Assembly: GCA_963842945.1 (NCBI GenBank)
Contig: CAWJIM010000003.1
Location: 1-64,000, forward strand
DNA: 64,000 bases
Reading direction: 5' to 3'
From: an uncultured Gemmatimonadales bacterium
GTDB lineage: Bacteria > Gemmatimonadota > Gemmatimonadetes > Gemmatimonadales > GWC2-71-9
Part shown: piece by piece, positions 34,191 to 49,226 of the stretch
How positions within the stretch are numbered: position 1 is the stretch's first letter
How the letters are laid out: the number at the start of each line of letters is the position of its first letter
Position numbers and translations under genes: made by a program
The notes under the pieces: model-generated
Seen by the model: the letters and a program-made list of their open reading frames with translations, nothing else
Told to the model about the DNA's origin: nothing
Database searches by the model: none

Positions 34191-34844
34191 CTACTGCCGG
34201 TCTACCACTACGTTCTGGGTGGGAATTCTGGCGCCGAGAAGACGTCCCTCACCATTGAGCCTCAGATCGTAGCGGGTGTCACCGATATCCATGCGCACCG
34301 AGTCGGCATTCGGGGGAGAGAGCTTGGCAAGCAATGTCTGTCCCCCTCCCAGATTGAAAAAGGGAACGGAGGATCCCTGGTTGGCGGCTCGCGCTCGACG
34401 CACGGCCTGCTCGATCAACGCGAACGAGAGGTTGAGGTAAGGAATAGCCCCCGACTCGGTTCCCATGACCCGTGTCACCAGCCCGCTGCTGCCGATCTCG
34501 TCCACCGCGGCACTGTCTTCCTTGAAGATCACCCGAGCCCGCTGAACAATCCTCGGACGGGTCGACCCACTGTCAGTGCCTTCCTGTACGGTCACTTCGA
34601 TTAAAGGGACGCTGCCGTCGGGCGCGAGGACGGCGGCGTAGCGCTCTGAGGTAGCCTTGGCGTTCCGGATGCTAAGGGTGCCTTCCAGCTTGGTTGCAGT
34701 TCGGACAAACCGCTCGGTGGCGACCGTGTCGCGCCCGCGACGAACCAAAAACGACCCACTGTCAGTGGCGGTCTGCGCCAATAGCGGGCCAGCCCAGCCG
34801 AACAGCGCGGCGGATGTGATTGCAAGCAGAGATAGTGTCTTCAT
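34191..34844 (-). CDS. Secreted hypothetical protein
   Basis: Signal peptide MKTLSLLAITSAALFGWAGPLLA; beta-rich mature region. Confidence 0.6.
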   Translation of the reverse strand: MKTLSLLAITSAALFGWAGPLLAQTATDSGSFLVRRGRDTVATERFVRTATKLEGTLSIRNAKATSERYAAVLAPDGSVPLIEVTVQEGTDSGSTRPRIVQRARVIFKEDSAAVDEIGSSGLVTRVMGTESGAIPYLNLSFALIEQAVRRARAANQGSSVPFFNLGGGQTLLAKLSPPNADSVRMDIGDTRYDLRLNGEGRLLGARIPTQNVVVDRQ

Positions 34845-34965
34845 GGTTGGAAATGTTCCCGCCCGTGTTCCGGGAGTCAATTCGACCCCACCCGCAGGAT
34901 TCCGATAACGTCCCCACTCCTGGCCGCAGCTACCGTGGGCATCCGCTTTCGGCGATGGGCCACGG

Positions 34966-37900
34966 ATGGAGCTACAGCAAGCACTGCGGTCGATCGGCTC
35001 CATCGCCGATTTGCCGGGACTCATCACAACGCTGGGCCATTCCGCCAAGTGGGAGCCGGTTCCACGCTCGGCCTGGAACAAACCGGGATCTCGTACCTTC
35101 GATCTGACCCTGGTCGGCCAGACTGCTGGTCTTCCCTGGTTCGCCATACCCAGCTCGCGGGCTGAGCGGGATGCAATCTTGCTGGCCCGGCGGATCGCGC
35201 GTCGAGGCAAGGCGGCAATGGTGTTAGCGCTGGACAGCCAAACTCACCAGCTCGGGGTATCGGTGGCGTTTGGAAGCGCTCCCGGCCTGCAGGTCAACCT
35301 CGGCAGCCCTGACGCAGAGTCGGTAGTGTCTCTGGCTCGTCTGGCGGGCACGGTGGAAGGGGGCACACTCGCCTTCGCGGCTCGAGCGGCCGATGCACTC
35401 TCAACCGAGCCGGTCGGCAGGCGCTTCTTCCGGGAGTTCAAAGGAACGCTCGACCGGATGGCCGCCGCACTGCCCGAGCGTATGCCGAGAGCAGACCGGC
35501 ACGCGACTTGTCCTACTCCAACTGACCCGCGTCCTCTTTCTCTACTTCATCCAGAGTAAAGGCTGGCTGGGGCAGCGAAACCGCTTCCTGGCCGAGGAAG
35601 TGGACCGCTGTCTCAGCAGGGGGCGCCGAATCCACCGCGACTTCCTTCGGCCACTCTTTTTCGGAACCCTGAATCAACCCCGGTCTGAACGAGGCCGTAC
35701 AGCTCGGCAATTTGGCGCCATACCCTTTCTCAACGGCGGCCTCTTCGAGCCTCACTCGCTCGAGCGGCGCTATCGGGCGGATATCCCGAACCCCCTGTGG
35801 TGTGATGCCTTCGACCGGCTGTTCGAGCGCTTCCACTTTACGGTCTCGGAGGGCGACAAACCTGGCAGCGTCGCCCCTGACATGCTCGGCCGCGTCTTCG
35901 AGGGCGTCATGGACCCCGAAGATCGGCGGGCGTCGGGCACGTTCTATACTCCCGCCGCTCTGGTGGAGCGGTTGGTCGATGCGGCGTTAGCCGTGGTCCT
36001 CGCCATTCCGAATGGGATGCACGGAGCAGGAGGCCGAGCGCCGGTTGATCGAGCAAGATCCTGTTGCTGCTGGCGTGCTCGACGGGATAACAGTGCTCGA
36101 TCCGGCGGTAGGTTCGGGAGCATTCCTCCTGGGCACGCTGAACCGGCTCGCCGTCACCGCCGAACCCTCCGGCCACGCCGAGCGCAAGCGCCGCGTTCTG
36201 CAGCAAAGCCTGTTTGGCGTCGATCGAAATGCGGCGGCAGTGCGTCTGGCGGAGTTACGCCTTTGGCTCTCCGTCATCGCCGATGACCCCAGTGGTTCTG
36301 CCCATGCCGTGCGCCCCCTGCCCAACCTTGACTGTCTGATCCGTCAGGGAGACAGCCTGTTCGATCCCGGAGGTCTCGACCTGCTCTCTGCCGCCTCGCG
36401 CCAGGATCGGGCCCTGATAACCGAGATGTCCCAGGTGCGGAAACTGGTCATTGGCGCAACCGGATCACAGAAGAGGAGCTGGGTTCGCCGGCTGCGCCAG
36501 CTCGAAGCGCAAGCACTGGGCAACTCTCTTCGGAGGCCGAGGAGCAACGTCGTGGTGCCATTGCAGGCTATTTGCAGCTCGCCCGGGCTCCGGATCTGTT
36601 CGGCGGGCAGCGAGGGCTGGATCGGGAGTTGCGCGCCGGTCTGAACCAGGAACGCACCGCTCTCCGCCGGCTGCGTCAGGCGCGCCGGCAACTGTCCCGC
36701 CATGACGAAATGCCCTGGTTTCACTATCACAGCGCATTCGCCGACGTCTTCGCCCAGGGAGGCTTCGATCTGGTGATTGGCAATCCACCCTGGCTGCGCT
36801 CCGAAGCAATCCCGCCCAGCACGCGGAGGCAGATCGCTGCCCGGTATCGCTGGTGGAGAAGCCGCACCGGCTCGCTACGCCAACTCTCCCGATCTGGCAA
36901 TCGCCTTCCTCGAGCGGGCCTTCGAGCTGGCTCGGCCCCAAGGCATGGTGGCCATGCTGGTACCCGCCAAGATCGCTACTGCCGGCTATGGCGCGGGCGC
37001 CCGGCATGCGCTCGCCAGCTCCACGACACTTCATCTGGTGGCGAACGTCACCGGCACTCCTGAGGCAGCATTCGATGCCACCGTATATCCGCTGGCGCTG
37101 GTTGCCGGCAACTCCACTCCACCTTCCAATCAGCTGATTCGCACAGATCTGTCTTCCGATAGGGGACATTGCGTCGAGCAAACTCAACTTCGCGGCGGTG
37201 CACCGTGGATCCTGAAGCACGCCGGTGTCCACGCGGTCTTAGCCGAGCTGGAGCAGCAGCATCCTCGCCTGGCCGAGAACCTCACTTGTCATCTGGGCGT
37301 CAAAACCGGGCTGAACCAGGTGTTTCTCGATCCACCCGGCGATATCGAACCGGAGCTCACCCGTTGGGCGCTTCGAGGGCGCGACGTCAGGCCGTTTCGT
37401 TGCAGTCCGAAATTGCGGCTGCTCTGGACTCATGATATCCGGGGGAATCCGCTGTCCCAGCCTTCCGCCCAAGGCTCTGGCCTTCTTGAATCCGTACGCT
37501 GATGCTCTTCGGCGTCGGCAGGATTTTCGACGGGGCCCGTTTTGGACCGTGTTCCGGGCGATGCCCGCCGTGGCACGGCATCGCGTCATTTGGCCTGATC
37601 TGTCCCGGCAGCTCAAGGCAGCCGCGCTGACCGGCCGAGCCACAGCCTGAGTGGATCCCGCTCAACACCTGTTATGTGACACCGGTTGCAAGTGTCCTGC
37701 AGGCGCACGCGCTGGCCGCCTGGTTGAATTCCACCTGGATCCGCGCGGTAGCGATGCTGGGGGCGGTACCGGCAGCCGGTGGGTTCTTTCGATTCAATGC
37801 CGGGGTGGTCAGGGCTCTCCCACTTCCGCCTGCGGCACTGCGAGATCGGGACCTGGCTCAACTCGCGCTCGATGGGCGAGCCGGCAAATCGGTTGCGGGA

Positions 37901-37999
37901 GAGCTCGACGCGCGGGTGGCACATCATCTCACTCTCTCGGAACGCGCGCAAAAGGCGCTTCGTGCTGCGCTGCACAGCTGCTCCATCGATCATCGCTGA
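34966..37999 (+). CDS. Large N6-adenine DNA methyltransferase (Eco57I/TaqI-like), several frameshifts
   Basis: [35 protein letters not shown]...[15 protein letters not shown] across five ORFs. Confidence 0.85.
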
Positions 38000-40259
38000 A
38001 GCGCTGGTCGAGGTGCCGGACGCCCTCCTTACTGTGCTGCGCCCCGGACCATTGGTCCCGGCTGCGCAGATTGCGGCTCACCTGGCACGGACTCTCGGCC
38101 CGGCTGAATCTCCCGCTCAGCCCCCCTCCTGGCTGCTGCAGTGCCAGCAACGGAGCTTTCGCCGCGTGTTAGCCGCCATCCAGCGTTACCGGGGTGCACT
38201 CCTGGCAGACCCGGTGGGAAGCGGCAAGACATTCATTGCCCTGGCTGTAGCGGCCGAGCTCAACCGTGGAACAACCGCGTGCCTGGTTCCGGCCTCGTTG
38301 CTGTCCCAGTGGCACGCCACCGCAGAACGGCTCGAGGTTCCCGTTGAGCTCTGCTCCCACGAGCAGGTCAGCCGGGGACGGCTGCCGCGCGGCACCCGTG
38401 GACTTGTCATAGTCGATGAAAGCCATCACTTCCGAAACCCCACACCAGACGCTATCGCCACCTCGCTCCCTGGCTGATTGGCCGCTCCGCACTGCTGCTG
38501 ACCGCTACGCCGATCGTCAACCGAGCGGCAGACCTCGCGGTTCAGTTGCTGCTGTCCATTCGAGATGATGCCCTGATACTGGAAGGGGTGGGCTCACTTC
38601 GGGAGCTGCTCAAGCAAGGCTGCTCGGCTCCAGCGTTGGGCGAGCTGGTGTTCGAGAGCGACGCAGTGATTGAGTCCAGGCCCCAGCGGGTGGTCCTGCG
38701 CCGAGCGGCTGATCCAAGAGAGTCCTTGGCTGGGAACGCGGTGCTCGCGAGAGTGGACAGGCTCAAGCTTTCCCGATGTCAGACCATAGCGGAGTTGATT
38801 CGGGGCGTGTTCTTCCGGGCTGCGGCCTCGAGCCCGGCGGCACTTCACGAGAGCCTCTGTCGTTACCGCCGTCTGCTGCTGCACGCGCGCGACGCGCTGA
38901 AGGCGGGACAGATGTTGGACAGGACGGAACTGAGACGCTTCACCCGCGAACTCGACGACCAGCTGGTCTGGTGGGAGCTGCTGCCTATAGGCCGGCGCCA
39001 TCGGAGATCGAGACTCAGCGATCTGGAGCAGCTGGAGCTGATGATCCATGAGATTGAAGATCAAACTTCAAGAGAAGATCCGAAGCTGGAACGCCTCTGA
39101 GGACGCTTCTGAACGAGGGCACGCCAACGCTGGTGTTTGCCACCAGCCGCGCAACGGTGCGCTACCTGCGGGACGCACTATCCGATCTACGCGTCGCCTG
39201 GTGCACCGGCGAACGGGCCGGCATAGGATCCGCCCTATTGCCCCGAGAAAATGTGCTCGGCTGGTTTCGTGAACCTACGTCATTGCCTCAGGCGCCGAGG
39301 CACCTGGTCGTGACTGATGTGGCGGCCGAAGGACTGGATCTGCAGCGCGTAGCCCGAGTGGTGCATTACGACCTTCCCTGGACCCCCATGCGGGTAGAAC
39401 AAAGAGAAGGACGAGCTGTGCGTTACGGCTCGAGACACGCCCAGGTGGAGGTGGTCACGCTGGCCTTACCCCCGCCGCTGGAGCGGCGGATCCGCCTCAA
39501 CGCCACACTGGCTCGGAAAAACAGACTGCCCGCCGCAGTGGGACTCGGTCCCTCGGGCAAGCATGTCTGGCGCTGGCGAAGCGAGCTGGCAAGCCGGTTC
39601 GATGGATTACCCTCGGCCACAGGACTGGCTCATGTAGTCGACCCATCGAGCGGACTTCTTGCGGGCTTTGTGTGCCTCCCCTTCGGCCGCACTGACGGCC
39701 TGAGCAGCACAGTCCTCTGGATCGATGACCAGGCAAACTGGACCGAGTCACCCGAAGTTCTGGGGGCCCGGCTCGACTCGGCCGCCGCTCAATCAGGAAC
39801 TTGTGAGCCCGACCCTTCCCAGCTGCAGCACTATCTGGCCCTCTTGGCCAAACCGATCCGGGAGCGCCTCAATTCCGCCACCGGACGTCGCTGGATCGTT
39901 CCTGATCCGAAGCCCCGCAGCCCGAGTAGTTTTGGCCCAGCTCCACGTGCTGGTGGGACAGGCTGTGCGTCGCCACGACCCGGCGGCTCTGGCTCAGCTG
40001 GAGCGGGCCATCGGGTTTGCCACCCGAGGTCACACCGCGGGTGAGGCTGCCCTGATGGAGCGGCTGGCGAAGGCCACGGCAGCGCGAACTCAAGGCTCTT
40101 ATCCGGACACTGCCGCGGGAGGCGCCGAAGCCGGATCAACTCGAGGTCAAACTCACCGGCCTGGTGCTCTTCGGGCCTGCGAAAAACGAGACGAGCGCGG
40201 TAGCTTCTCCGTCATGTCTCAGCTGCAAACCGCTCTCTTCGATCTCGACGGCACCCTGA
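37962..40259 (+). CDS. SNF2-like superfamily 2 helicase, several frameshifts
   Basis: LADPVGSGKT, DESHH, LTATP, TDVAAEGLDLQ, YDLPWTP...EQREGR. Confidence 0.85.
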
Positions 40260-40868
40260 TCGACTCGATCAGGCTCATTCTCGACAGCTATCACCATACG
40301 CTCACCCATCACAATCTTCCGGCCCGATCAGACGAAGAGTGGCTTCGGGGAGTAGGAACCCCGCTGCACGTCCAGTTCTCCCAGTGGCGTGACACGCCGG
40401 AGATGCTGGAGGCCATGATCGCCACCTATCGGGAATTCAATCTCAAGCACCACGATCGAATGGTGACCGTGTACCCCGGCGTGGTGGAGGCGGTGAGAGA
40501 GATCAAATCGGCGGGGATACAAACCGGTCTGGTCACCAGCAAGAACCGGCAGGGCGCTCTCCGCGGGCTGACGCTGGTTGGTCTGGAAGCGCTGATGGAC
40601 GTAATGGTCTGCGCCGACGAAGTGAGCAACCCCAAGCCACATCCGGAGCCGGTCGAGAAGGCAGTGGCGCTATTGGGGGCAGATCCGGCACGCACCGTTT
40701 ACGTGGGCGATAGCACTCACGACATGCACTCGGGCCGAGCAGCCGGAGTCAAGACGGCCGCAGCGCTCTGGGGGCCCTTCGGGAGGTCGCATCTGGAAAG
40801 TGCCGCGTCCGGACTACTGGTTGGAGAAACCGAAGGATCTGGTCAGCCTGATGATCAAGAAAGCGTGA
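40214..40868 (+). CDS. HAD family hydrolase (PpaX-like)
   Basis: FDLDGTLID, VTSK, KPHPEP, YVGDS..D; C-terminal frameshift. Confidence 0.88.
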
Positions 40869-40902
40869 GGGGGAAGCAAAAGCTGAGCGGTGAGGGGGTA
40901 AA

Positions 40903-43690
<2,788 letters not shown>

Positions 43691-43904
43691 TACTGGCGAG
43701 ACCTATCCCCCGACACTTCAGCAGGTTGTGTTGTACCGGCTCAGGTGCTTGCTAGTTCGGTTGCTTCAGTTGTGGACCGATGTAATGCCCAGCGTGGAAG
43801 GTACTTGGCGGGCTGCTCTCCGCTAGAACTATGCCGCTTGCCAACCCCACCTCCCCGGCTATTTTACCGCCGCTTCTGCCCCTCGACACCCAAGGGTTTT
43901 TTTC

Positions 43905-44525
43905 ATGCGCCTTCTTCCCCGCGACGAGAAGTTCTTCGACCTCTTCAGCAACGTCGCCAACATCAGCGTCGAGGCCGCCCAGCTTCAGGTGGACCTGCTA
44001 AAGTCCGAACCGATGCGCCGGCGGGCCATCGTGGACGCCATCAAGCGACTCGAGCACCAGGCCGATGAGGTCACCCATGAAGTGGTGAGCCGGCTCGATC
44101 GGGTATTCATCACCCCGCTCGACCGGGAAGACATTCACCTGCTGGCGTCAAGGCTGGATGACGTCATGGACCTGATCGACGGAACCGCCAGCCGGGTCCA
44201 GATGTATCAGGCCGGCGAAGCCCCGCCCGGCGCCATTCTCATGGCTGATGTCGTGCTCCGGGCCACGCAACAGCTCCGGGTAGCGGTTATGGCGCTGGAA
44301 AAGAACAAGGACCGCGTGGTGCTCGATGCCTGCGCCCAGGTGAAGCGGCTGGAAGAGGAGGGTGACTCGGTTTATCACGAATGGGTCGCCCGGCTGTTCG
44401 ACGGCTCGCCCGACGCGCTCATCGTGATCAAGTGGAAAGAGATCTACGACACGCTGGAGAAGACGCTGGACCACATGGAAGATGCCGGGAACGTGCTGGA
44501 GTCCATCTCGATCAAGCACGGCTGA
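43905..44525 (+). CDS. DUF47 (PhoU-like) Pit accessory protein
   Basis: LEHQADE, FITPLDREDI, LEEEGD, IKWKEIY. Confidence 0.9.
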   Translation: MRLLPRDEKFFDLFSNVANISVEAAQLQVDLLKSEPMRRRAIVDAIKRLEHQADEVTHEVVSRLDRVFITPLDREDIHLLASRLDDVMDLIDGTASRVQMYQAGEAPPGAILMADVVLRATQQLRVAVMALEKNKDRVVLDACAQVKRLEEEGDSVYHEWVARLFDGSPDALIVIKWKEIYDTLEKTLDHMEDAGNVLESISIKHG

Positions 44526-44527
44526 GC

Positions 44528-45565
44528 ATGGATCACGACGTCCTCTATGTCCTGGTCATCATCGGCGTTGCGCTGACCTTCGATTTCATCAACGGCTTCC
44601 ACGACAGTGCCAACTCGATCGCAACGGTAGTTTCGACCCGGGTGCTGAGCCCGGGAGTAGCGGTGGTGTGGGCGGCGTTCTTCAACTTCATGGCGGCATT
44701 CGTGGTGGGAACGGCGGTTGCCAGGACTGTGGGCAAGGGGCTGATCGACCCCATGGTAGTGGATCCCAGTGTGGTGCTGGGCGGACTGTTGGGCGCCATT
44801 CTCTGGGATTTGATCACCTGGTTTCTGGGACTTCCTACCTCATCCTCCCACGCCCTGCTGGGAGGCTACGGTGGGGCCGCCATCGCCAAAGCCGGATTCG
44901 GAGCTCTGATTCTCTCAGGCTGGGTCCTGCCGGTCGTCTTCATCGTGCTCTCACCGTTGCTCGGTATGGCGATCGCACTGGGGCTCACCGTAGGATTATC
45001 GTGGCTCTTGCGGAGCAAGCGTCCGGGGCCGCTGGACAAGGCTTTCCGAAGGTTGCAGCTCGTCTCCGCCGCTCTCTACTCTTTGAGTCACGGGGCCAAC
45101 GACGCGCAGAAGACGATGGGCATCATCGTCGGCCTGCTGGTCTCCACCCAGCATCTTTTCCTGAATCAGCAGGGCTGGCTCGGCTTTTTCTACGTGGCAA
45201 CCGCTGATCGAATTCCGCTGTGGGTCGAGCTCGCTGCCTACACCGCCATTGCCTGCGGGACCGCGCTCGGCGGCTGGCGCATCGTGAAGACCATGGGAAC
45301 CAGGATCACCCGCCTTCGGCCGTTCGGCGGATTCTGTGCGGAGACTGCAGGCGGGATCACGGTATTGATCGCCTCCCGGCTGGGTGTGCCGGTCAGTACG
45401 ACGCACACCATCACCGGCGCCATCGTGGGCGTGGGGGCGGCGCAACGGCTCTCCGCTGTCCGGTGGGGAGTTGCCCGGCGGATCGTGTGGGCCTGGATCC
45501 TGACCATGCCCATGAGCGCCGCGATTGCTGCGGTGGCGTATTTGGTGTTGAGTAAGAGGGTCTGA
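44528..45565 (+). CDS. pit: PiT inorganic phosphate transporter
   Basis: NGFHDSANSIATVVST, PTSSSH, HGANDAQK, PVSTTH. Confidence 0.93.
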   Translation: MDHDVLYVLVIIGVALTFDFINGFHDSANSIATVVSTRVLSPGVAVVWAAFFNFMAAFVVGTAVARTVGKGLIDPMVVDPSVVLGGLLGAILWDLITWFLGLPTSSSHALLGGYGGAAIAKAGFGALILSGWVLPVVFIVLSPLLGMAIALGLTVGLSWLLRSKRPGPLDKAFRRLQLVSAALYSLSHGANDAQKTMGIIVGLLVSTQHLFLNQQGWLGFFYVATADRIPLWVELAAYTAIACGTALGGWRIVKTMGTRITRLRPFGGFCAETAGGITVLIASRLGVPVSTTHTITGAIVGVGAAQRLSAVRWGVARRIVWAWILTMPMSAAIAAVAYLVLSKRV

Positions 45566-45583
45566 CGGCTCTGGCGTCTGCGG

Positions 45584-46732
45584 TCACGCAGCCTGAATCA
45601 TGCCCCGATTCTCGATAGCCTCCCGATAGTCTTCCAGAAGACGATCATACACTTGATCCCAGTTCCGTTCGGCTGCGGTGGCCAGGCCTCCCTGGGCCAG
45701 GCGGTGTCTCAGATCGGGGTCGTGCAGCAAGCGCCGAATTCCCTGCCCGATGGCGGCTGAGCTGTTGGGCGGTACCAACCACGCGTTCTGGCCGTGACGG
45801 GCATACTCCAGCACTCCCGCCGCGTTGGCGGCCACACAGGGAAGCCCGGATCCCATGGCCTCCAGCAGAGAGTTGCCGAAGGTTTCGGTGGGGGAAGGGA
45901 AAACGAACAGGTCTGCGGAGGCATAGGCTTCGGCAAGCCTCTGCTCATGCATCAGGCCGAGCACATGAACCCCGGGTATCTGCCGCCGCCGAATGCTGTC
46001 CTCCAGCGGACCCCGTCCTACCAGGGCCAGCTGAGCCGATCCCCGCTCAGCACCGAGTGAGCTCCAGGCAGTCATGAGCTGCCTCAAATTTTTTTCTCGG
46101 GCTATGCGACCGATGTAGGTGACCAGGAGATCGTCCGGGCCAAGCCCGAGAGCCTTGCGGTAAGCCTCACTGCGAAACCGGGGGTGGAACTCGTCGGGGT
46201 CGACCCCTCGGCTCCAGATGCCGGTATGCATTACCCCGCGGCTCCGGAGGTGCTGCTGATACATGTGGGAGGGACAAAGCACCCGGTAGGCCTGGCCGTA
46301 GAACCAACGCAGATAATGCCACCCCAGCCGTACCGCCCATTCCACCCCATACCGAGCCGCGTACTTGTCGTAATCGGTGTGAGCCGACGCGATCACCGGC
46401 AGCCGGAGCTGGCGAGAGGCCTTGAGACCGGCCAGGCCCACCGCGAACTCGGTGGCTACATGAGCCACATCCGGTTGAAAGGCCCGGAGGTCTTCCACGA
46501 TGTCGCGCTGACGGGGAAATGCCCACTGGACATCAGGATAGAGGAAGAGCGGCACGCTGGGAGAGCGGTGCACCTCAGGGCGATCCGGCTGGCCGGGTGG
46601 GAGTGCGTAACTGGCGGAGTACACCCGGACGACGTGGCCCCGTTGCTGCAGTGCCTTGGTCAGGCGGAGCAGGGTGACGCCGACCCCGCTCACCATGGGC
46701 CAGTAAACCTCGGAAAACAGGGCGATCCGCAT
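45584..46732 (-). CDS. GT4 family glycosyltransferase
   Basis: Y.PMVSGV, GRIAREKN, FPSPTETFGNSLLEAMGSG. Confidence 0.9.
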   Translation of the reverse strand: MRIALFSEVYWPMVSGVGVTLLRLTKALQQRGHVVRVYSASYALPPGQPDRPEVHRSPSVPLFLYPDVQWAFPRQRDIVEDLRAFQPDVAHVATEFAVGLAGLKASRQLRLPVIASAHTDYDKYAARYGVEWAVRLGWHYLRWFYGQAYRVLCPSHMYQQHLRSRGVMHTGIWSRGVDPDEFHPRFRSEAYRKALGLGPDDLLVTYIGRIAREKNLRQLMTAWSSLGAERGSAQLALVGRGPLEDSIRRRQIPGVHVLGLMHEQRLAEAYASADLFVFPSPTETFGNSLLEAMGSGLPCVAANAAGVLEYARHGQNAWLVPPNSSAAIGQGIRRLLHDPDLRHRLAQGGLATAAERNWDQVYDRLLEDYREAIENRGMIQAA

Positions 46733-46832
46733 GGGAGAAGGCTATGGCACGGCCCGATAAGCGACAAGGTGGCCGGCGACCCGGCCCATACCGCCAATAC
46801 CAAGAGCCCATTGCCTTTTCTAAATTGCGCGC

Positions 46833-47459
46833 ATGAAGATCCGGGAGCCCATCAACGGAGCATCTCATCTCGTGGGCCTTCTGCTCGCGGGGGCCGGCAC
46901 CGTCCTCCTGCTTCGGATGGCACGCGGCCCGGAGCAGCTCGCCGCATTCGCGATCTACGGCGGCACCCTGGTTCTGTTGTACGGGGCCAGCAGTCTGTAT
47001 CACTCACTTCCTCTGTCAGAGCCTCGTCTCCGGGCGCTCCGAACTCTCGACCACATTGCCATCTATTTCCTGATAGCGGGCACCTACACCCCGATTGCGC
47101 TGCTCACCCTGAACAGTCGTTTGGGCTGGGCTCTGCTGGGGGTCGTTTGGCTGATTGCGATGGCGGGGATTCCGTTCAAGCTCTTCTTTCTCGACGCGCC
47201 GGTCTGGGTCTCCACCGCGACGTACCTCGCGATGGGATATCTCGCCCTCGTGGCCGTGATTCCGCTGGCGCGGGCGGTGTCCCTGGGAGGTCTCCTCTGG
47301 CTCGTGGCCGGCGGAGCCGCCTATACTGTCGGCGCCGTCATTTTCAGCTGTCGCCGTCCCGACCCGCTCCCATGGTTCGGGCATCACGAGATCTGGCACA
47401 TCCTGGTACTCATCGGCAGCGCGTGTCACTTCGCCTTCATGCTTTACCACGTGGCCTGA
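46833..47459 (+). CDS. Hemolysin III / PAQR family membrane protein
   Basis: [28 protein letters not shown]. Confidence 0.9.
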   Translation: MKIREPINGASHLVGLLLAGAGTVLLLRMARGPEQLAAFAIYGGTLVLLYGASSLYHSLPLSEPRLRALRTLDHIAIYFLIAGTYTPIALLTLNSRLGWALLGVVWLIAMAGIPFKLFFLDAPVWVSTATYLAMGYLALVAVIPLARAVSLGGLLWLVAGGAAYTVGAVIFSCRRPDPLPWFGHHEIWHILVLIGSACHFAFMLYHVA

Positions 47460-47460
47460 G

Positions 47461-49035
47461 ATGAAAGGACTACAGATTCGCGCGCCGGAGCTTCCCGAGG
47501 CGCGCCAGATCATCACCCCGGAGTCACTGGCTTTTGTCGAGCTACTCGCCCGGCATTTCGGGCCTCGTCGCCTGGCGCTGCTCCACCGCCGGCGGGAGGT
47601 CCAGCGGTGCCTTAGAGGGGGCGAGCTGCCCAACTTCCTGGAAGAGACTCGGGAAATCCGCGAGCGCAGCTGGCAGGTGGCGCCCGCACCAGCGGATCTG
47701 AACGATCGGCGGGTGGAGATCACCGGACCGGTGGAGCGGAAGATGATGATCAACGCGCTCAACTCCGGGGCCAAGGTCTTCATGGCGGATTTCGAGGATG
47801 CGCTCTCTCCGCCGTGGACCAACGTGATTGCCGGCCAGCTCAACTGCATGCAAGCGGTCCGCCGAACCCTGGAATACGCGAGTCCGGAGGGCAAACGGTA
47901 CCATCTGAACGACCAGCTCGCGACGCTGGTGGTGCGGCCGCGCGGCTGGCACCTCGAGGAAAAGCACGCGCTGCTGGACGGCGAGCCCATCTCGGCCAGC
48001 CTGTTCGACTTTGGGCTCTACTTCTTTCACAACGCGCGGGAGCTGCTGGCCCGCGGCAGCGGGCCGTACTTCTACCTGCCCAAGCTGGAGAACCATCTCG
48101 AGGCGCGGCTGTGGAACGAGGTGTTCGATCTGGCGCAGGATGCGCTGGGCATTCCCCGCGGGACAGTGCGAGCGACGGTCCTCATCGAGACGATCCTCGC
48201 GGCCTACGAGATGGATGAGATCCTGTACGAGCTACGGGACCACGCGGCCGGCCTCAACGCGGGCCGGTGGGATTATCTGTTCAGCATCATCAAAAACTTT
48301 CGGGACCGGGCGGACTTCCTGCTGCCCGACCGTTCCCAGCTGACCATGACGATTCCGTTCATGCAGGCGTACACCGAGCTGCTGGTGAAGACCTGTCACC
48401 ACCGGGGAGCTCACGCGATCGGCGGAATGGCAGCGTTCATTCCGAGCCGCCGCGACCCACAGGTGAATGAGACAGCGTTAGCCAAGGTTCGCGAAGACAA
48501 GCTGCGGGAAGCCCGGGCGGGCTACGACGGAGCCTGGGTGGCACATCCCGACCTGGTCCCGGTGGTGGCAGATGTGTTCGAGTCAGTGCTGCAGGGCAAG
48601 CCCCACCAGAAAGAGCGTGAGCGGGATGATGTGGAGGTCACCCGGGAGCAGCTGATCGATGTTCGGATTCCCGGAGGTCGCATTACGGAGTCCGGCCTAC
48701 GCGGAAACCTCAGCGTAGCACTGCAATACCTCGCGGCCTGGCTGGGGGGCTCGGGTGCCGTTGCCATCAACAACCTGATGGAAGACGCGGCAACGGCCGA
48801 GATCTCTCGGTCACAGCTGTGGCAGTGGATTCGCCATGGTGCCACCACCGATGCCGGAGACCGGATCACGCTGGAGTGGTGCCGGACGATCCTGGCCGAG
48901 GAGCGGCAGCGCTTGGAGGCGGAGGGAGGAGATCAGCAGCGGCTCGCCGCGGCGGCCGACCTGCTGGACACGATGTTTTCCGCGCGGGAGTTCCCCGAGT
49001 TTCTCACGCTGGCGGCGTACCAGAGACTGAGCTAA
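47461..49035 (+). CDS. aceB: Malate synthase A
   Basis: [41 protein letters not shown]. Confidence 0.95.
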   Translation: MKGLQIRAPELPEARQIITPESLAFVELLARHFGPRRLALLHRRREVQRCLRGGELPNFLEETREIRERSWQVAPAPADLNDRRVEITGPVERKMMINALNSGAKVFMADFEDALSPPWTNVIAGQLNCMQAVRRTLEYASPEGKRYHLNDQLATLVVRPRGWHLEEKHALLDGEPISASLFDFGLYFFHNARELLARGSGPYFYLPKLENHLEARLWNEVFDLAQDALGIPRGTVRATVLIETILAAYEMDEILYELRDHAAGLNAGRWDYLFSIIKNFRDRADFLLPDRSQLTMTIPFMQAYTELLVKTCHHRGAHAIGGMAAFIPSRRDPQVNETALAKVREDKLREARAGYDGAWVAHPDLVPVVADVFESVLQGKPHQKERERDDVEVTREQLIDVRIPGGRITESGLRGNLSVALQYLAAWLGGSGAVAINNLMEDAATAEISRSQLWQWIRHGATTDAGDRITLEWCRTILAEERQRLEAEGGDQQRLAAAADLLDTMFSAREFPEFLTLAAYQRLS

Positions 49036-49070
49036 GAGCTGGGAGCTACGAGCTTCCAGCTCCTAGCTCT
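49035..49070. terminator. Hairpin between convergent aceB and tRNA-Asn
   Basis: AGAGCTGGGAGCT...AGCTCCTAGCTCT inverted repeat. Confidence 0.55.
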
Positions 49071-49071
49071 A

Positions 49072-49144
49072 CTGGGGCGGCTGGGGTCGAACCAGCAACC
49101 TCCCGGTTAACAGCCGGGCGCTCTGCCAATTGAGCTACACCCCA
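49072..49144 (-). tRNA. tRNA-Asn(GTT)
   Basis: Reverse complement TGGGGTGTAGCTCAATTGGCAGAGCGCCCGGCTGTTAACCGGGAGGTTGCTGGTTCGACCCCAGCCGCCCCAG; anticodon GTT. Confidence 0.96.
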
Positions 49145-49226
49145 AAGTGGTCAAGGCAACGGGGCTGTGACTCTACTTGGGTCGGGCCCACAAGGTCAAG
49201 TGATTCCGGGCCCTGCGTGTAGTCCG

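Noticed and set aside
47461..49035. aceB without an adjacent aceA
   Set aside because: Unlinked glyoxylate-cycle genes are common, and this cannot be judged from one window
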